A stretch of DNA of 47,871 bases, taken from NCBI RefSeq assembly GCF_001194135.2, contig NC_068987.1, positions 48,277,246 through 48,325,116 on the forward strand. The letters run 5' to 3'. Below, piece by piece: positions 1 to 11,926 of the stretch; within the stretch, counting starts at the first letter, position 1, and each line of letters begins with the position of its first letter. The position numbers and the translations under genes were made by a program. The notes under the pieces are model-generated. The model was not told the DNA's origin. It worked only from the letters and a program-made list of their open reading frames with translations, and did not search any database. The stretch comes from Octopus bimaculoides. Lineage: Eukaryota.

Positions 1-603
1 TATATATATATATATATATATATGTCTGTCTTGTTTTAATATTATTGATAAACTTTGCATTTGTGTCTAGCACAGATATTCTTTCTACTAAATCATTTTC
101 AACAATAACAGTGTCATTACAAAAAAACAGAAAAATAAATAGTTACTTATCAAAGCATAAACAGCCATACATACATGCCCAAGCAGAGAGATATACACAC
201 ACACACATATATACACATGCTTATATATATGCATGCACAGGCATACACATTAAAATGGAAATCTATATATGTATGTGGAGACATGCATATCTTCAAACAT
301 CTGCACAAAAGCAACAACATTTAATCTAGGAAGGAAGACTGCCTCACCTCAAACTAACTCATAAAATATTGTGCATGTATAGATATATGCATTCATGCAC
401 ACATATATAAATAGTTCAGTTAGGTATGTATACACACATATATTCACACATCTATACACTCTTATATATGTATAAGCATTCACACACACATATATATGCT
501 TCAATAAGTGTGTGTGCATTTACACACACATATACATACAAGCACACATACACATACTTTATGTGTGTATATACATATATACTCTCTCTCTCTCTCTCTC
601 TCA

Positions 604-650
<47 letters not shown>

Positions 651-737
651 CAATTTTGTAAGCAAAACATTTTTCCTATGAATAAAAACCAATGCAAATG
701 GACAATTGTTTCAAGACATGAATAAAGAAAATCTTAC

Positions 738-954
738 TTGAGTTCCTTCAGTTGACGGTGTGCATCATTTTTCTGCTTTTTAAGTTCATCTGAATCCCGT
801 AATGCCTGTGCCAAATCACTAACAGCACGATCGCGGTCACGGCGGAGACTATCACATAAATTCTTTATACTCTCACGTTCTTGAACAATCTTGCTACGTT
901 CCCCAAAAGCCCAGTCACGGCGTTTCTTAGCCAACTCTGCTTCCTGAAGTGCAT
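738..954 (-). CDS. DLG5: DLG5 internal coding exon (end of coiled-coil region)
   Basis: Translates (D)ALQEAELAKKRRDWAFGERSKIVQERESIKNLCDSLRRDRDRAVSDLAQALRDSDELKKQKNDAHRQLKELK. This closely matches the recalled vertebrate DLG5 EALQEADVAKCRRDWAFQERDKIVAERDSIRTLCDNLRRERDRAVSELAEALRSLDDTRKQKNDVSRELKELK. Acceptor ttgtctattttaaaag| at 955 (phase 1); donor CTCAA|gtaaga at 737 (phase 2). Confidence 0.95.
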
Positions 955-988
955 CTTTTAAAATAGACAATGAATGATAGATTGGTTA

Positions 989-1477
989 AAAAGCCAAACT
1001 TGCTATCAGTAACAGTTATTGTGCCTATCCTCACCTATGGTTATAAATGTTGGGTAATGGACAGTAAAAGTATGATCACAAATACAAGTGGCCGAAATGG
1101 GGTTCTTCCAAAGAATCTCTGGAGTAACTTTACTTGACAAGGTGCGTAACTTGGAGATCAGGGAGTCTCTCCAAGTTAAGCCATAACTTCACCACATTGA
1201 GAGATCATGATTCTAGTACTATGGACAGGTGATAAGAATGTCACAGGAAAGAATTGCAAGATGGATTCTTCTAGCTCTACTGACCAGCAAGAGATCTAGG
1301 TGTAGACCAAGAACAAGATGGTTAGATAATATCCATAGTCTCAGTCATATTTAGGGATCCAACCAGAAAGTGTAATAATGGTTGTTTCTGACAGGACCCT
1401 ATAGAGGAGGTGCCTAAGGTCTCTACCTCATCAACCTTCTTACAAACAGTGGGCAGAGAAGACGGATGGATGGATGG
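989..1477 (+). mobile_element. 5'-truncated RTE LINE (Expander/Rex3-like) 3' end
   Basis: Broken frame reads ..IVPILTYGYKCWVM..IQVAEMGFFQRISGVTLLDKVRNLEIRESLQVKP*LHHIERS..RCRPRTRWLDNI. Ends gaagacggatggatggatgg, a (GGAT)n tail. TGGTTA at 983-988 and 1475-1480 may be a TSD. Confidence 0.8.
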
Positions 1478-1649
1478 TTATTTTATAATAGAGTATTTTA
1501 AAGGTGAGTCGCATGTAGTGATACAGTGGAGAATATAATCAAAGATTAGCAAGAAGATGATTTACTAAAGTAGGTATGGTGAGAGTTATTAGGAAGTAAG
1601 TAAAATATTAGAACAATAAAAAATAAGCACTGTATGTATGCATATATAT

Positions 1650-2612
1650 GCACAACTGGTCCATTCACACAATTTCCTCAAAACATCCACCTCACCCAGC
1701 ATGTCTAAATTCCTTTTTGATACCATTTATTTTTCTTACTACCAAGAATCATTTCACTTGTTAGCCACCCTTCATCCATAAATACTGTTCTGTCCACCCA
1801 TACTTTCATTGATCAGTCCCAACCACCAAATTACCTCCCCTCCTCCTCCACCACTGTACACCTCTCACTCTCCTCATACACTAGACTTACCTCTCTCTTC
1901 TCTTCCACACTCCTGCATGTACCCAACCACATGTCATCTCTCTTTCCTCTCCTGTTTACTGTATCATCATTACTACTTTGCTGCTCCCTCCCTTTTCCTG
2001 CATTGTCAGTCATCCTACTTACCCTTACCTCATCCAACATAGGCACCATTGGCCATACTTCACCCCTTATTTACCCTCAACCCTACATAGTCTTTACAGT
2101 TGTCACCCATGTCCCATTTCTTTCAACCATTCTCCATCTCTTACTGTCCAGCATACATTCCTGCAACCTCTACCCACCCACATTCCTAGTTCCTTTATAT
2201 CCACTCACTTCTACTAACCTTGTACCATGAGGGTCCACTCAGACACCTTCTCACCACTACTATTTTTTATCTCTTTCCAGCTCCAACCCAAACACATTGC
2301 ACCCTTTCTTCAAAACTGTGAGCTGTCATATAGCCCCTCTACTGTAAGAAACCTATTCTACTCTGGCTTCTTCTCTCACATCCCTCATCTAGTGTAAAGC
2401 TGCCCCCTTGGAGATTATAATTTTGCAAGCTGCATGGCAACATCACTGGTGGCATAAAAAACAGCACCCAGCACACTCTGTAAAGTGGCTGGTATTAGGA
2501 AGGACATCCCAACTATGGAACAAAGCAGACAATGGAGCACGATACAGTCCTTGGACCTGTCAAACCATCCAACCATTGCCATGGATGTCAAATGATGATG
2601 ATGATGACGACA
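1650..2612 (+). mobile_element. Decayed RTE-type 3' UTR remnant (pyrimidine-rich) ending in the shared (GAT)n tail module
   Basis: Ends ...ggtattaggaaggacatccc...caaaccatccaacc...gtcaaatgatgatgatgatgac, like the LINE tails at 14530-14678 and 25410-25557. The 5' boundary is approximate. Confidence 0.5.
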
Positions 2613-3038
2613 ACATATAGTCTAGTGAGAATAGAGGCAAAGAACAATAATTAAAGATAGAATCAGGGATTAGTGTACTCCAATAATAGAAACGTAAGTG
2701 TATGATAATTAAAATTGTGGAGTTGGAATAAAATCGGGGAGTGGGGACATAACAAAAAATTGGTAGTAAAAGGATAACTTTTAGCAGTGCCCCAGCATGG
2801 CCAGGAAGAAGTAAATGTAACACTAGGACAGAGCTGATTACCTCTGATTAATACAAAATTAGTCCTGTATGAAATTAAAATTAATCATTATTTCATTTAA
2901 TTAGTTGAGTTTTTTTGTTTCTTTTTCAGTTAGCATCCGAAGATACTGAATTCAAGACCTGCACCCCTAAATAAACCTTATTACAGAAACAACCCCTGGC
3001 AGTAAAGCAATATTGGTTCAAGTCACTTCACTGGGTTA

Positions 3039-3638
3039 TCTATATACTACTAAAACTCTGTGATTGCTTGCTTGCATGTGTGCGTGCTTGTCTGTAATTT
3101 AATATAGCCAAACCACCAGCACATAATGGGAAAATACTCTGAAAGTAACATGCCCTAAAATGTGAATACAAACAGAATAAAACAAGTTTCGTGTAGATTG
3201 GACCATGGATTCCCGAGATATGTGGTTTTCTTTTTGGTACCTTCATAAATAGCCAAAATGGCACATAGTGGGAAAATACTCTGAAAGTAACATAACCTTG
3301 AAATGAGAATATATGATACTGTGAAAATTGTTTCCATTAATTTTATGTTTACGTTATATAACAATTCCTTTTGAATTTTTATGGAAGTGTGCACATACGC
3401 CATAAATAAATGTTGTTACTGGAGTTCAAGTTTATCTTGGAAGTTCTATTTCTATTAGATGCTGTAAATAATCAATAAAACCTTAAATATGAACTTGTAA
3501 ACCTGTGATAACACGAACAAATTGAAATATTTAACTGAATCATCATAAAATTAACTTCATTTCAATGCAATGTTGAAATCAGCTTCAATGTTTTATAATT
3601 TGAACGGTCAGTGACCCAACAGGTCAGGGGTAGTCTAG
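3039..3638 (+). mobile_element. Non-autonomous Helitron (600 bp)
   Basis: A|TCTATATACTACTAAAAC at the 5' end. TGACC-caaca-GGTCA hairpin (3612-3626) followed by CTAG|T at 3635-3639. The insertion sits between A and T. Internal direct repeat gggaaaatactctgaaagtaacat occurs twice. Confidence 0.75.
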
Positions 3639-4019
3639 TATAGTATCATCTTCATTTTAAGACTACTATGAAATAGTTACGAAACAATGAAATATACTTT
3701 GCTAACAACAAAATGAGAAAAAAATAGATCTATTAATTGAATTAAATAAATGGTGTACCACAAAGAAAACTGCAGATCAATAATTAGCTCAGCATTAGGA
3801 ATACACGTAAAATATATTAGCCAAGTGGACAGACTTCTAGTCAACTTTAACATTTGTTAAAAGATTAAAAGTTATTGAGACTTAACAAATACATTATATT
3901 CTTTAGAACCCAACTGCAATTCATATTAGGAAAAAAGATTTATATGCATATATATTAGCACTTGAGAAATGTTTGTTATATTTGCACAGGCATGACTAAC
4001 AAGTGCAGGTATAGCTAAT

Positions 4020-4146
4020 AGGTGCAGCCATGAATTTCACTTCCTAACTACAATTTCAAGCTGTTCCACAGCATGGCACTTTAGGTAAGTGACTTTTGCT
4101 ATAGTTCTGGGCTGACTAAAGCCTTGTAGATGGAAACTGAAACATA
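4020..4146 (+). mobile_element. Degenerate SINE (family 1) 5' part, interrupted by the Tc1 element
   Basis: ccacagcatggcactttaggtaagtgacttttgctatagttctgggctgactaaagccttgtagatggaaactgaaa aligns with the intact copy at 30534-30930. The microsatellite resumes at 5344. Confidence 0.55.
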
Positions 4147-5343
4147 CAGGGGTTGGACAAAATAATGGAAACACCTAGCGTCATAATTCTGAAATATCTA
4201 TAAAATCTTCAAAGGCTTGTTTATTTTCATGTCTTGTGATTTATTATTAGTGTTGCTTAATATGTTTTGCTAAAATTGCTGTTTCTTTTCAGATATCATC
4301 AGAAAAAGGTAATTAAAATTCATTAAAATGACAGCTCTGTCGGACTTTCAAAGAGGTCAAACTGTTGGTGCTTGTATGGCAGGTGCTTGCATAACAAAAA
4401 CAGCCCAAATGTTTGGTGTATCAAAAAGTTCTGTCTCAAAAGTAATGACAACCTTTGAGAAAGAGGGAAAAACCTCCTTGTCGAAACAAAACTCCGGAAG
4501 AAAACCAAAACTTTCAGAGACCGTTGGACTCTTATGCTAATTGTTAGAAAGGATCACAAAAGTACAGCTCCCAAAATTATTGCAGAGCTTAATGATCACC
4601 TCGAGAACTCAGTTTTCACAAAAACCGTTCACTGGGAGTTGCACAAAGCTGGATTTCAAAAGAGGGCTGCAATCAAAAACCACAACTTTCAAAAACAAAT
4701 GTTGCAAAGTGATTAGAGTGGAGTAAAAATCTATGGAATTGGTCCCTAGAGCAGTGGAAGAATGTTATTTTCTGGGACAAGTCATCCTTTATCTTATTTC
4801 TGACCACCGGCCAAGTATACATGTGGAGACNNNNNNNNNNGGGGGGGCTATATTTTGGAAATCTGCCAGCCCAATGGTTTTCCTTCATGGCAGAATTAAT
4901 AGTCAAGACTATTTAAGCATTTTATCTGATCAAATTCATCCTATGGTTGCGGAACTGTTTCCAGAGGGAACCGCAATCTTTCAGGATGATGATGAACCAA
5001 TTCACACAGCTAAAGTTGTTAATGAATGGCACGAGGAACATTCTAGAGAAATTGAACATCTTATCTGGCTACCACAGTCCCCAGATCTCAATATCATTGA
5101 ACATTTATGGTGCATTTTAGAAAAACAAGTGAAGAGTCAATATCCTCCACCATCATCACTACAAGAACTGGAGACTTTTAGCTGAAGATTGGACAAAAAT
5201 TCCTTTGGAAACAATTCAAACTTTGTACAAGTCCATACTCTGTAGAATTCAAGCTGTAATTACTGCCAAAGGTGGTCTTACCCCATATTAAAATAAATTT
5301 GTTTGAAATTTTAAGGTATTTTCATTATTTTGTCCAATCCCTG
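4147..5343 (+). mobile_element. Tc1-like DNA transposon with DD36E spacing (Incomer/IC-like); frameshifted transposase
   Basis: 30-bp TIRs CAGGGGTTGGACAAAATAATGGAAACACCT and AGGTATTTTCATTATTTTGTCCAATCCCTG (27/30 match). TA TSDs at 4145-46 and 5344-45. Paired-like N-terminus LSDFQRGQTVGA. First D in FWDKSSF; FQDDDEPIH...SPDLNIIE gives 36 residues between the second catalytic D and E. N gap at 4831-4840. Confidence 0.95.
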
Positions 5344-6087
5344 TATGTGTGTGTGTGTGTGTGTGTATACACTGGTGCATATACACTGATACATGTGTGT
5401 GTGTGCGTGTGTGCATGTACGTGCATATGTATTTTACATTTTGCTTATTTCTAAGGAAGTTGCAATGTACGGATGGTGGAGTTGTCAGTTCTGTTAACAA
5501 ATTACCCACTCTGTAAATTCAACACTGTGTGGAGTTAGAAATCCCAAACTTGAAAAACAGGTAAAGGTTAATGACAGGAAGAGCATCCAGCTGTAAAATA
5601 ATGTCTCAATAACACATGTGTCTAACCAACGTAAGTATGGAAAACAGCTATGAAAATAAAAGAAAGGAGTTGCTTTTGCAAATTATGAAAGACATCAAAA
5701 CAGAATAATTAAACACCTTGATTATAATTGATGTTAATTTCAGTAAATACTTTCATAATGGCATTAAGGTTACAAAAAGTTTCTTTCATGATATTCAATT
5801 TGAAGAAAATATCAATATCAAATGACAAAAAGCATCCATATACTTTCCTTCTATCAAATTCCACTATATCACAAAATTATTCTGAAGCTCTAGAAGTCAC
5901 CTGCCCAAATACCAAGTGGTTCACATGTAGGGACTACAATAACTAGAGCTATGACTCTTTTTCTCTACATTTTAACTATTTTATCAAAATCTTAACACTT
6001 TAACAAATGAACTGGTCCAAACAGAGTTGATTCATACCATACTGTAAAAAGCATATATGCAGATGAATCAAAACAGCATAATGTAAG

Positions 6088-6500
6088 TGGAGGCATGGCT
6101 GTATGGTAAGAAGCTATTATGGCAATGTTAACTTGATGGAGAGAGTGGGCTAATATGTGGCATGAACATTTGATCACTATAAACAAATCATTTGTGCAGG
6201 CTGTTTGGCTAAAAGCTGAACGCTCATATGTCATCTTTGACAGGAGAGTATATATATTTGTGTGTGTGTTTGTGTGTCTGTTTGTCTTTGTGTCTGTGCT
6301 TATCCCCTATTACTACAAAATTTGTTGTTGTGCTTACATTTCTATTACTTAGCAGTTCAGCAAAAAAGATCGATAGAATAAGAACAAGGCTTAAAAAAAA
6401 AGTACTGGGGTTGATTCATTTAACTAAAAAACAAATTCTTCAAGTCAGTACCCCAGCATGGCTGCAGTCTAATGACTGAACCAAATATAAAGAGATAAAA
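6088..6500 (+). mobile_element. Degenerate tRNA-derived SINE (family 1)
   Basis: ggaggcatggctgtatggtaagaagct head, central (GT)n, and ...gatagaataag...ccagcatggctgcagtctaatgactgaa tail, as at 30534-30930. Confidence 0.6.
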
Positions 6501-6547
6501 ATTAAAAAAATTAATGAGTATTTTGCTAAACTAGATGAAAAACTTAA

Positions 6548-6670
6548 CTCTTTTGATACCAGTCCACTTGAGACTACACACCCTTGAGTCTGATACAAAC
6601 ATTCTGCTTTAAAGCTATCTAAATTTAAACCTTCCATCAAAATTTCATGTTAATTTATTTTCCAAACACC
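6548..6670 (+). mobile_element. TTAA MITE family B, truncated
   Basis: ttaa|ctcttttgataccag...ccttccatcaaaatttcatgttaattt, homologous to 13708-13941. Confidence 0.6.
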
Positions 6671-6794
6671 TGATTTTTGTCATTTTTTTGTGTTTTATTC
6701 TGAGTACTGTGCATACATTTTTGGGTATTATTATTGTCTTTCTTTACTTATTGCTTTCTCTCTTTGCATTTACCCTTTCCCAATAGCACTACAT

Positions 6795-7330
6795 ACAAGT
6801 TTATTTTTATTACTGAGTGAGCAGTGCATGCCATCAAAGTAACACTAGTGAAAATATACGAAGCTCAGTATACCCATCATGACAACCCATCTGATAAGGG
6901 TACACCAAGCACATGCATCACAACCATATATGTGCAACATAGTGATCTCATATCAAGATAAACAGCACATGACCTTGCAGGTTAAAATTTTCTTCAGGTC
7001 GTGTAGCCCATCCCACTCAAAAGGACCTTGAATAAGGGTTGTTTAAGGATGCTGAATGAAACACCCTTGTTTCCAGAGGTGTATTATTCAAACCCCAAAT
7101 TCCTCTCAACACATGTCTATGATGCTCCCCCACTACTTCTGCTTGTGATCAGAAATGCACATATCGTCAGCCACCAAGGGACATGCTCAACTGGTTAAGG
7201 TCACACAGCTGACAAGCAAATCTGTGATATTGAGCAGAATATTTACTGTAGCCCATCTTTTATACCAAGACAAAATATGTACATAACACTTCCAATTAGT
7301 TAAGATCAGAAGCCATGAGAGCCAGTGCCT
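6795..7330. repeat. Probable interspersed repeat of unknown class
   Basis: Higher-GC, non-coding block between tta/att-rich edges. It recalls a sequence I associate with octopus genomic DNA, but this cannot be verified from the window (single copy here). Confidence 0.4.
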
Positions 7331-8336
7331 ATCATTATTATGAGTACTTACACTTGTTTTATCAAGTCCAGTAGGACTGTGAACACAGGAACAAAAAAAA
7401 CAAATTACTAAACTAGAAACTAATTCTCAATACTGTAAATGAAATGCACTTACTACTTCCACACTCTTATTCATACAACAATAAGCTGCACCTTTATAAG
7501 GAAACTATTTACATTCTCTTCATGAACTGAGCCAATGAACATTAAGTCTTTTCTTACTTATTCTAAATGACACCCTTTATATTTCCTAGGAGTTTGTACA
7601 AGAAAGAGACCAGATTTTTTTTCTCGGTGTACTGAATGACATTATACAAAACAATGTTTCATATAATATTTAATGTTATCCGTTAGAATCAAATCAAGCA
7701 TATTAACAGAAAAGGCTATTTATAAACAAAGATTTCAAGATATAAACAATAAAATATTCAAAACAATACTAAGCTAATTATTATTATTTTTTTTATTAAA
7801 ATTCATTCAACTGAGGAAATGCCCAATTCATGATCTGAAGTATTACAGGAGAATAATAAATTATGCCAGTGTGTTTGATAAGATATTCATGTAGTTTAGT
7901 TTGTAATCTTATTCTTTGTTACTGTTTGTTCATTGAGATTTGCTGTTATTTAGTTCATCCCATGTACTTTCTTGTCCCCATCTGTCTTGCTTTGTACTAA
8001 ACCAATACTTTACCCAATTTGTTTAGCTAATTCTTATCATTCACTGATTACCTCATAACCTGTACACAAATGAGATCATTTCTATACAGATGGATGCTTA
8101 CATGTGAAACAGTGCACAGTTTATAATCTTATTCAACCTATAAATCTGTATATTTATAAACAGGCTGTTATTATCAGAAGAAAAGAGCTAAGTATACACT
8201 GTGAGCAAAAACTAGCAGCTTCACATCAGTACCAACTAATCGCTGCTGAAGAAGTTGCAGAATGTAAAAAAAAAAAAGAAAAAGAAAAAAAGGCTTTATC
8301 TTTTTCTACCAGACAAGAAAGAAAAACTTATATCAA

Positions 8337-8543
8337 TCCTTTAGCATTCAAATATAATACTTATTTATTCACATTATTTTGAATCAATCATGGACAATCT
8401 TGTACCTTTGAAATTTTAATGGTATAATTGTTTATTTTTAGAGTGACATTGTAGGGTAGGTGTAAGAGCACTGATCTGGCTGGTTTGAACATAATATAGG
8501 CAGACTATTTGGGATGGACAGGAGTGGCTTAAATTGTAAAGAA
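8337..8543 (+). mobile_element. TTAA MITE family A (piggyBac-like ends), decayed
   Basis: cctttagcattc...gtagggtaggtgtaagag...tggtttgaacataa...aaattgtaaagaa|ttaa, homologous to 17702-17910. Confidence 0.7.
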
Positions 8544-9540
8544 TTAAAATATATACTAAATATCTTGCTCTGTTATAATGTCTTGAATTCTTGATACAGA
8601 GAAGAAAGTTGTATGTCTTTATGTCCATACTTTTCAGTTTCTTTTTCCATTTTTTCTCATCACTTATAAAAATATATCTATTTCTCATATTTATGTTTGT
8701 TAAATGAGACAAATTAGTATAAAATCATAAACAATAGAAGTTGAAGTATTTGAAAGAAGAACCCTTCTAAACACAGAGAACAATTTTTCATTTGTTTGTT
8801 TTTCACCTATTTTTCCATGTTTGCATGAGGTCAACAAATGTTATTCAAGGTATTGCTTTACAGCCAAGTACCCTTTCTGATGTTAATCTTTACCTGTTTC
8901 TTAAGTCTAGTTTCTCTTACTTCACATGGCTTTGAAGACATGAAGTGACTTGACAATTTGTTGACAGAAGAAATGAAAGACAACACTACCTCCTGCACTT
9001 TTATACAAGCTATCAGATGTAAACAAACACAAGTACACACATACCAAGGCACACAAGACAGCCTTCTTTTAGTTTCTGTCTACTAAATTCATTCACAAGG
9101 TATAGGTCAGCCCAAAGTGCAGCGCAAAGAGACTGAACCTAAAACCACATAGTTGGGAAATGAACTTCTCGACCATAACTGTGCTTTAAACTTTGAAACT
9201 TAAAACAAAAGTCTCAAATACTCATATATTAACTTCGCTACATTCAATTGTGTTACGGTACATGTCAAAGTCAACTTAATGCCATAAGCTTAGAAATACA
9301 CAGTGCTTTGTAAGTCAAACATATACTATAGTGTGTAGGTAGAAATGTTTTAGAAAAGCTATTGAATTTTCTAAAATTAAAAATTAAATTAACAAGTAAG
9401 ATAAATGGAAGTGGTATATGTGATTCAAGAATACCAAAATTAGTTCAAATGGCCTGAGGGAATGAAAAATAGTTACTTCAAAGGGAAAATATAAACCCAG
9501 TTGTGTAACATGAAAACTGAAAATAAATGAGATTTACAAA

Positions 9541-9982
9541 TGAGATCCAATCAAAAAGTATTGGAGCTGTTGTTACGGTAACTAAGCTAAAGTATGCAGA
9601 GGAAAGCTGCTTGGCACAGATTGACCTGGAACTCTGTAATGAGTGCACACTAAGTTATAACGTTCTTGTTCACTTCCATTATTTATAGCAGTGCTTGGGA
9701 ATAAAGTGTGTAGAGTGTAGTTGTCTCAAAAAGATTGGGTTTCAACTACACAGGGTCTCCTCAATTGTGATATCAAGGAAATCTTAGAGAATGCAACAAG
9801 GTAGCTGCTCACTATCTCCAAAAAAGGAGTTCCAGGAATTGTTCCATCAGTGGAAACAATGTTGAATAAAGTGAGTGGCTTCAGAAGTAGACTACTTCAT
9901 AGGAGATTAAATGCCACATTGATATATGTGTTGCAGTTTTCTTTTTATAGCAACAGTACCAATACTTTTTCATCAGACCTTG
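9541..9982 (+). mobile_element. Internally deleted mariner-like element
   Basis: Degenerate ~29-bp TIRs (aaaaagtattgg..ctg / cag..ccaatactttt) with TA after 9982. Remnant KKEFQELFHQWKQC*IK*VASEVDYFIGD* resembles the mariner transposase C-terminus. Confidence 0.6.
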
Positions 9983-10495
9983 TATTTAATCAATGTAATC
10001 TCTTATGCTTTTAAGTTGGCTCACTGTTGAAAGACCACCAGCACTAGTAGTTGATAGTATCAAGTTCAAAGGGTAGAATTTTGCAGGACAAATATTATTT
10101 AGGTTACATCAGTATTTCATCCTACCAGGAACAATAAAACCAAGTTTCACTTTTACATGAACCAATCATATTAATTAAAAGGATATAATGACAGGTGTTG
10201 GTGTGCAAAGCTAAATGGATATTTGTCATGGAAGTTGAACAGCTCATAATTGTCAAGTTCAAATCTTGTTAAAGTTCAGCTATCCAACAACATTATCGTT
10301 AAAAATTTGTTCAACAGACACATTGTCAGAAGTGATCCACTACTTTAATAATGGTTAAGATGCTGATCAATGGATTTAATAATAGATTATATACAGTATA
10401 CTCAAACCTTAGATACATAAAAATAGAAAATGAAAAACAACCTAGATATTATACGAACATAAAAACATTAAAATAATGGGTAAAATCCTACTTAC

Positions 10496-11926
10496 CATTT
10501 AATTCATGCTGCAGCTTCTCAATTTGAGCTCGTAATCCATTTGCCTCACGTTCACCCTGTTCAATTTCTTCTGCTTTCTCCATTTGCATCCGTTCAAAAC
10601 TTTCCCGAAACAACATGTTCTGTTCTTCCATCTGTTGGTGATTATAACTAAGATGGTCTTGAGAAAGTAAAGAGTAACTGGAAGGAAAGTCTTCTCGGTT
10701 GCTGTTGCCATCATGTTTTGTAATGACATCACTGTACTTTTGGAAAAGATCTGCATAATCTTTAAGGGCTTTATCACGTTCATTTAAAGCCACCACAGCC
10801 TGATTTTGCAGCTTTTTTACATCACTCTCAAGGTTTTTCTTTTCTCCTTCAACAACTTCAATTCGTTTGGTCGCTTCCGTAACTTTGTCTTGCAACTGCT
10901 CTATTTCTTTGTGTACCATATCACGTTCTGACATAATCAAAGAGTACTCCCGCAGTGCAGCATCTCGTTCACGAGATACATTTTCCAGATCTTTTTTTGT
11001 TTGCAGATGTATAACTATTGTCTGTTGAGAGTCTTTAATCTGTTTTTCACGTTGCAGATTTAAGACATCTAATGTATCTTTAAGTTCACTGATTTCGTGT
11101 ATGGAAGCATCCCAATTCCTGATTGCCGTGGTGCATTGTTGCTGCAAACTGTTTCTTTCACTCACAGCATTGTCTCGCTCTAAACAAAGATCTTCATAGC
11201 TTTTTTGTGTATGCCCTATTTCTTCACGAATATTTTTCAGTTCACTAAGTGTTGTTGTGTGTTTAGTAACTAAATCTGTATAACGTTGATGAAGTATTTC
11301 ATACTGTTTATATAATCCATCATAAGTATGAGAAGGATTATCACACATTTTCCCAGCAACCTCATTCATACCAACTTCTAGAGTTGGTTCCTGATGTTGC
11401 TTTCGCAATTCTAAGACTTCTTGCTTTTCAGTGACTTCTTGCTCAAGACGTTTCATGCGTGCATTAAAATCCAAATTCTGACTACTAAAATTATCATTAT
11501 TTTCAGCAGACTGTGACACCAAATTTAAGAAACAGACGTACTTTTTGCGATAGGTCTCTGAATCTTTTCCAGCTTCAGCCTGTTGTCTTTTTAACGAGAG
11601 CAACTCATTTTTAGCCCGTTCATATTGTGCTTTGAGTAAATCATAGTCACCAACCCTTTCAGAAGGACAAACCTCCCCATTTAGACTTGACCTATAGTCC
11701 TTGTTGCTTTGAGGTTGACTAACCTTGGGCATGAAATGAAAGTCAGCAAGTTTTGGTTTAATTGCATGTGAATCACTGCTATTCCCATTGTGACCTGGGG
11801 GGACAGTAGTAGTATTTTTTTCAGAGCCACATGCTTGGTTGTGGTTTAACTGTGATTCGTATTCATAAGATGGAATGAACTTGGTGTATGTTTTGGAATT
11901 AGAAGAGGTTGTAGAAGTAGTGGTAT
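10496..11926 (-). CDS. DLG5: DLG5 large coiled-coil exon (1431 nt, phase 1-1)
   Basis: Stop-free reading frame from acceptor ttttacattcacag| (11927) to donor AATG|gtaagt (10495). It contains ORF 10488-11732 plus about 65 upstream Thr/Ser-rich codons. DYDLLKAQYERAKNELLSLKRQQ and RERDAALREYSLIMSERDMVHKEIEQLQ resemble DLG5 DYERLKIQCVRAMSDLQSLQNQH and EERDAVYSEYKLIMSERDQVISELDKLQ. The terminal G plus AT of exon 738-954 gives Asp in frame. Confidence 0.95.

Noticed and set aside
45-725. His/Thr- and Cys/Val-rich ORFs (also 5288, 19160, 20904, 27917, 36369, 37765-38167)
   Set aside because: These are translations of (CA)n, (GT)n, (TCAC)n and GA-rich repeats.
10499-10783. 94-aa ORF overlapping the DLG5 exon in another frame
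   Set aside because: A short shadow ORF with no independent support.
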